Below the pieces are notes generated by a model. It made no database searches, was not told the origin of the DNA, and was given only the letters and a program-made list of their open reading frames with translations. From contig OZ241883.1 of assembly GCA_965203445.1 (NCBI GenBank), forward strand, positions 1,504,001 through 1,568,000: a DNA stretch of 64,000 nt, written 5' to 3'. Positions within the stretch are counted from its first letter, which is position 1; each line of letters starts with the position of its first letter. Shown here piece after piece: positions 59,813 to 64,000 of the stretch. Source of the DNA: Candidatus Oxydemutator sp. (lineage in GTDB: Bacteria > Pseudomonadota > Gammaproteobacteria > Poriferisulfidales > Oxydemutatoraceae). The position numbers and the translations under genes were made by a program.

Positions 59813-60349
59813 ATGAAAGACGCCGCCGCGACGCGCGCCAAAGGCAGGCGGATTTTTTTCGGTCTCCAGCCGGACGCGGCCGCGTGTGCCGCGTTGTCGC
59901 GCGCGCAGTCGGCCATCGGCGCCGCCGGACGCCGGATGGCGGCGGACAACCTGCACGTGACGATAGCCTTCCTCGGTTCCTGCGACGCGGCGCGCGAGGC
60001 CTGCGCGCACCGCGCCGCGCTGGCGGTGCGCGGCGCGCCTTTTCCGCTGCGCCTGAACCTGTGCGGCTACTTCGAGCGTCCGCGCATCGTCCACGTCTAT
60101 CCGGAATCGCCGCCGCCGGAATTGCCGTCGCTGCATCGCGCTTTGTGGGCCGGACTGCGTGCGTGCGCTTTCCGGGCGCCGCGCGCGTTTAAGCCGCACC
60201 TGACGTTGTTTCGCGGCGTTACCCGCCGGCCGACGCCGGGGGAGTTCGCAGCCGCCGAATGGAGCGTGCGCTCCTTTTGCATGGTCGAGTCGCGGTTGCA
60301 CGAGAAAGGCGCACGCTACACGGTGCTGCACGAATACCCGTTGTCCTGA
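59813..60349 (+). CDS. thpR: RNA 2',3'-cyclic phosphodiesterase (2H family)
   Basis: RIFFGL, NLHVTIAFLG, FKPHLTLFR. Confidence 0.88.
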   Translation: MKDAAATRAKGRRIFFGLQPDAAACAALSRAQSAIGAAGRRMAADNLHVTIAFLGSCDAAREACAHRAALAVRGAPFPLRLNLCGYFERPRIVHVYPESPPPELPSLHRALWAGLRACAFRAPRAFKPHLTLFRGVTRRPTPGEFAAAEWSVRSFCMVESRLHEKGARYTVLHEYPLS

Positions 60350-60532
60350 AGCCGGGCGCCTTGCCGCGCCTGCGGCCTGTTTGTCGGTGATTGCGAGAGG
60401 AGTCCTATATCGGCGGCCGCCGTCGGCAAGATCCGGCCGTTCGCACGCGCCTCGTCGAGAACGCGGCAATCCGTTGTCCCGCGAGCGCGGCGCCGCTTGT
60501 CATATCCCGCGCATTCGCTATTATGCGTTGAA

Positions 60533-62377
60533 ATGGCAGATTCGCTTGAGACCACGCACCCCGCCATCGGGCGCACGATGGCGGGGTCGGACATCGTGAT
60601 CGAGACCCTGGCCGACCTCGGCGTGGATACGATATTCGGCTACAGCGGCGGCGCCATTCTGCCCACCTACGACGCTATTTTCCGCTTCAACGACGAGCAC
60701 GGCGGCGGCGACGCGATCAACCTCGTGGTGCCGGCCAACGAGCAGGGCGCGTGCTTCATGGCGTCCGGCTATGCCCGCGCCAGCGGACGTCCCGGCGTGT
60801 GCCTCGTGACCTCGGGGCCGGGCGCGACCAACTGCGTGACGCCGGTGCGCGACTCGCTCGCCGACTCGGTGCCGCTGGTCCTGCTGAGCGGCCAGGTGCC
60901 GACCGGCGCGATGGGCACCGACGCCTTTCAGGAGGCGCCGATCGTGAACATCATGGCGCCGTGCGCCAAGCACGTCTTTCTGGTCAAGGACGTCGCGCGC
61001 CTCGAGGCCACGATCCGCGCCGCCTTCGAGATCGCGTCGAGCGGGCGTCCCGGCCCGGTCGTCGTGGACGTTCCGAAAGACGTGCAGAACTGCGAGTGCG
61101 CATTTCGCGGCGCCGCCCACGTGCTCGACCTGCACGGATACCGCGAGCGCCTGGGGCGCGTGCTAGGCAACCTTCCGAACGCCGAAAAATGCCGCGCTTT
61201 CTTCGATCTGCTAGGCGCCTGCGAGCGTCCGCTGCTGTACGTCGGCGGCGGCGTCATCCATTCCGGCGCGACCGCGCTGCGCGCGTTCGCCGAGCGCTAC
61301 CGCGTCCCGGTCGTGACCACGCTGATGGGCATAGGCGCGGTCGACACGACGCGCGACACCAGCCTGCACATGCTCGGCATGCACGGCACCGCGTACGCGA
61401 ACTACGCGGTCGAGGACTGCGACGTGCTGATCGCGGTCGGCGCGCGTTTCGACGACCGCGTCGCCGGGCGCCCCGACGTGTTCGCGCCGAACGCCAAGGC
61501 GATTCTGCACATAGACATAGACGGCGCCGAGATCAACAAGGTCATGGACACCGCGTGGTCGCACCACGGCGACGCCGACGCGACGTTGCGCGCGCTGATC
61601 GAAAACGACGGCGGTTTCGCCGCCGATTACGCTCCGTGGCTTGCGCACGTCGCGCGCCTGAAGCAGAAATACAGGCTCGATTACCGGCGCGACGGCGACC
61701 TGATCCAGCCGTACTACGTGCTCGAGCTGCTGAACGAACTGATACGGGGCGAGGCCATCGTCACGACCGGCGTCGGCCAGCACCAGATGTGGGCGGCGCA
61801 GTATCTCGACTACAAGCATCCGCGCACCTGGCTTACGTCCGGCTCGATGGGGACGATGGGCTTCGGCCTGCCCGCGGCCATCGGCGCGCAGTTCGCGTGC
61901 CCGCACAAGATGGTTTTCGACATAGACGGCGACGGCAGCCTGCGCATGAACTTCGGCGAGCTTGAGACCGTGACCACCTACAAGCTGCCGCTCAAGGTGC
62001 TGTTGCTGAACAACTTCGGCGACGGCATGGTGCGCCAGTGGCAGAAGACTTTTTTCAAGAGCCGCTACGCCGGTTCCGACAAGTCGCTCTACCGCAAGGA
62101 CTTCGTGCAGGCGGCCAAGGCCGACGGCTACCCCTTCGCCAGGCGCGTGACCGACAAGGCCGAGCTGCCGGGCGTGCTGTCCGCGTTCGTCGCCGCCGAC
62201 ACGCCGGCCTTTCTCGAGGTCGTCATAGACCAGGACGCCGGCGTCTATCCGATGGTCAGCCCCGGCACCGGCTACAAGCAGATGATCACCGGCGATTACA
62301 TTCCGCGCCGCGAGCAGCAGGGCGACGCCGGCGAGGAGCAGAGCGTGGATCCGATCAGCAGTTCGGAGATGTTCTGA
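60533..62377 (+). CDS. ilvB: Acetolactate synthase large subunit
   Basis: FGYSGGAILP, NEQGA, TSGPGATN, GTDAFQE, GMHG, RFDDRV, GVGQHQMW, GTMGFGLP, DGDGS, MVRQWQ. Confidence 0.93.
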   Translation: MADSLETTHPAIGRTMAGSDIVIETLADLGVDTIFGYSGGAILPTYDAIFRFNDEHGGGDAINLVVPANEQGACFMASGYARASGRPGVCLVTSGPGATNCVTPVRDSLADSVPLVLLSGQVPTGAMGTDAFQEAPIVNIMAPCAKHVFLVKDVARLEATIRAAFEIASSGRPGPVVVDVPKDVQNCECAFRGAAHVLDLHGYRERLGRVLGNLPNAEKCRAFFDLLGACERPLLYVGGGVIHSGATALRAFAERYRVPVVTTLMGIGAVDTTRDTSLHMLGMHGTAYANYAVEDCDVLIAVGARFDDRVAGRPDVFAPNAKAILHIDIDGAEINKVMDTAWSHHGDADATLRALIENDGGFAADYAPWLAHVARLKQKYRLDYRRDGDLIQPYYVLELLNELIRGEAIVTTGVGQHQMWAAQYLDYKHPRTWLTSGSMGTMGFGLPAAIGAQFACPHKMVFDIDGDGSLRMNFGELETVTTYKLPLKVLLLNNFGDGMVRQWQKTFFKSRYAGSDKSLYRKDFVQAAKADGYPFARRVTDKAELPGVLSAFVAADTPAFLEVVIDQDAGVYPMVSPGTGYKQMITGDYIPRREQQGDAGEEQSVDPISSSEMF

Positions 62378-62440
62378 GGCGGCCGCTGGGCGGCGGCGCA
62401 TGGATGGCGCGTCCCGTGCGCCGTGCGCTGCCGGCGCGCG

Positions 62441-64000
62441 TTACTCGGGGCGGCACAGGCGGCAGCCGACGGCGCCGTCGTTGCTGATCACAAAAAATCG
62501 GTCCAGCGACAGAACCTCGCCGTCGAAGTCCAGGTCGGCGTCGAACACGTAGTTGCGCGACGCGGCGGCGGGGTCGTAATCGCGGTTGCCGATGACCGTC
62601 AGATTGTTGGCGCGGATCAGGGCCGCGTCGCCCGAATCAATCGTGCCGTCGCGGTTCACGTCGCCGGCGATCATGCCGAACGCGCCGCCCGCCAGTTCGC
62701 GCTGGTTGTTGCCGTGGGACTGCCGCACGGTGAAGTCCACGCAGTAGTCGGCGCCGCAGTTCCCGCTCGTCGCCGGCTGCGCCGACATCACCGGCAGGTG
62801 GTTGCGGTGGTGGAGCAGCACGTAGAGGTCGCGGTCGCGGTGTTCCAGGCCGGTGCCCAGGCGCACGCCCTCGGCGGCGACCGCGGCCGCGGCCGACGAG
62901 GCGCCGTCGTCTATGCCGGCGACGCCGCCGTCTCGCAGCAACAAGCCGGCCTTGCGCTCCACCATCTGCGAAGCATCCGCCGACGGCGGAGCGGCACCGC
63001 GCGCCGAGGTGCGCAACTCCATCAGCATCCAGTCGACGGCGTCGGGAGCGGCGTCGGACAGCCCGAAACCGCCCGCGATGCCGGGCACTCCGACGGTCTG
63101 CGGATGGCCCCACGGCGCCACGCCGTACGGCTGGCGCACGGGCAGGCGGTCTATCACGGCGGTCTTCATCGTCCGGCTGCCCGCGTCGTACGCCCCCTGC
63201 AGGAATACGCGCGCGTGCACCGTAACCTGGGTCACGCCGTTCGCCTCGACGTCGACGTAGAGCGGCCCGGTGTGCGCGGCCACGCGTCCCGCGCTGCGTG
63301 CCGAGGCGTCGTCGAAGACGATCACCATCCGCTCCCGGCCCTCGCCGATGCCGTCTTCCAGCGCGCGTACGACGAAGGTCGGGCTGGTGCCGTCCGCCAC
63401 CGCCGCGGCCGACAACACCGCGGCGGTGCTCGTGAAACGCACGCCGGCCGTGCCTTCGAGCGCATAGTCGGAAGGCGTCACCCGCGTGCCGTGCACCGTG
63501 TACGGCAGCACCACGTCGGCGGTGGGTCTGGCGCCCGCCAGCGCGAACGTCTGCACCGGAGTCTGCCGCCCTTCCGATACGTCTATCGTGCGCCCGGGCA
63601 GGGCGACCGAGATCGCGTCGTCGTCCGCTATCGTCCCGGCAATCGCGCCGCCGGCAAAGAACTGCCCGGAGTCCGGCGCTTGCAGGTATATCGAGTAGCG
63701 TTCGTCGCCTTCGTTTTCGTCGTCGTCGCGCGCCGTCACGGTGAAGGTTTTGGTGGCGCCGCGCGCGTCGCCCGCGGCGAACGCGAGCGTGCCGCTGGCG
63801 GCGATGAAATCCGGCGGCGTCGCAATGCCGACGCCGGCGCCGTCGAAGACCAGGGCCCAGCGCACCGTAACGTTTGCCGCGAGCGTCGTCCCCGCGGCCA
63901 GGCCGAGGACGACCTGATAGTCGCGCGAGTCTCCTTCCGCCAACGGTGCGCGGCTGCCGTCGAGCGCCAGCCAGTGCGCGACCGGCGCCGCCTCTAGGGT
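62441..64000 (-). CDS. C-terminal part of a large surface/secreted protein (Calx-beta-like repeats plus dockerin-like EF-hand C-terminus); 5' end lies outside the window
   Basis: Frame open to the window edge; DF...SGTL.F..G...KT..V...DD..EGDE...TI.DDD, VFLQGAY, VDW..ELR, HRNHL, GDVNRDGTIDSGD, DLDFDGEV. Confidence 0.82.
   Translation of the reverse strand, partial: TLEAAPVAHWLALDGSRAPLAEGDSRDYQVVLGLAAGTTLAANVTVRWALVFDGAGVGIATPPDFIAASGTLAFAAGDARGATKTFTVTARDDDENEGDERYSIYLQAPDSGQFFAGGAIAGTIADDDAISVALPGRTIDVSEGRQTPVQTFALAGARPTADVVLPYTVHGTRVTPSDYALEGTAGVRFTSTAAVLSAAAVADGTSPTFVVRALEDGIGEGRERMVIVFDDASARSAGRVAAHTGPLYVDVEANGVTQVTVHARVFLQGAYDAGSRTMKTAVIDRLPVRQPYGVAPWGHPQTVGVPGIAGGFGLSDAAPDAVDWMLMELRTSARGAAPPSADASQMVERKAGLLLRDGGVAGIDDGASSAAAAVAAEGVRLGTGLEHRDRDLYVLLHHRNHLPVMSAQPATSGNCGADYCVDFTVRQSHGNNQRELAGGAFGMIAGDVNRDGTIDSGDAALIRANNLTVIGNRDYDPAAASRNYVFDADLDFDGEVLSLDRFFVISNDGAVGCRLCRPE

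Noticed and set aside
59043-62650. Diversity-generating retroelement (template/variable repeat pair)
   Set aside because: Differences are not confined to template adenines (many involve C in the fragment), identity is low, and no reverse transcriptase is in the window
62500-62665. Lanmodulin-like lanthanide chelator
   Set aside because: The EF loops lack the D-P-D-x-D-G pattern and sit at the end of a large protein in a dockerin-like arrangement

Overview
High-GC chromosome segment with gammaproteobacterial-type housekeeping synteny at both ends: ABC peptide transporter, yafS-like methyltransferase-rnhA-dnaQ, holA-proA-nadD-rsfS-yhdP and yccA on the left; pgi, ppc, znuACB, thpR and ilvB on the right. 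The centre (~13.0-51.9 kb) is a ~39 kb lanthanide/PQQ alcohol-oxidation island. It contains xoxF (D-Y-D lanthanide motif)-xoxG-like cytochrome-xoxJ-CxxCW rhodanese, pqqA (absent from the ORF track)-pqqBCDE followed by a prolyl aminopeptidase and a soluble PQQ dehydrogenase, a MekB/AcmB-like ester hydrolase, a porin, a PqqT-like ABC system, a SoxYZ-like carrier, a second PQQ dehydrogenase with a D-L-D motif plus a diheme cytochrome, a twin-arginine HDAC-family deacetylase, an ankyrin-MFS-ALDH-acs block and a Lut/Ped-type ABC system. The two best candidates for undescribed biology are: (1) a tightly coupled five-gene operon at 48.4-51.9 kb built on a MotA/ExbB-type ion channel, whose partner has an ExbD-like Asp helix but a non-ExbD periplasmic domain and no TonB; and (2) an apparent ester/acetyl-scavenging pathway feeding alcohols to lanthanide dehydrogenases and acetate to Acs. 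Other observations: two REP-like families, a duplicated ~31-bp IS3-type end, a compositionally skewed orphan copy of a surface protein's dockerin-like C-terminus, head-to-head overlapping znuA/znuC start codons, and several candidate leaderless genes. No rRNA, tRNA, CRISPR array or intact transposase was seen. All family assignments come from motifs and recalled family knowledge; no database search was run.
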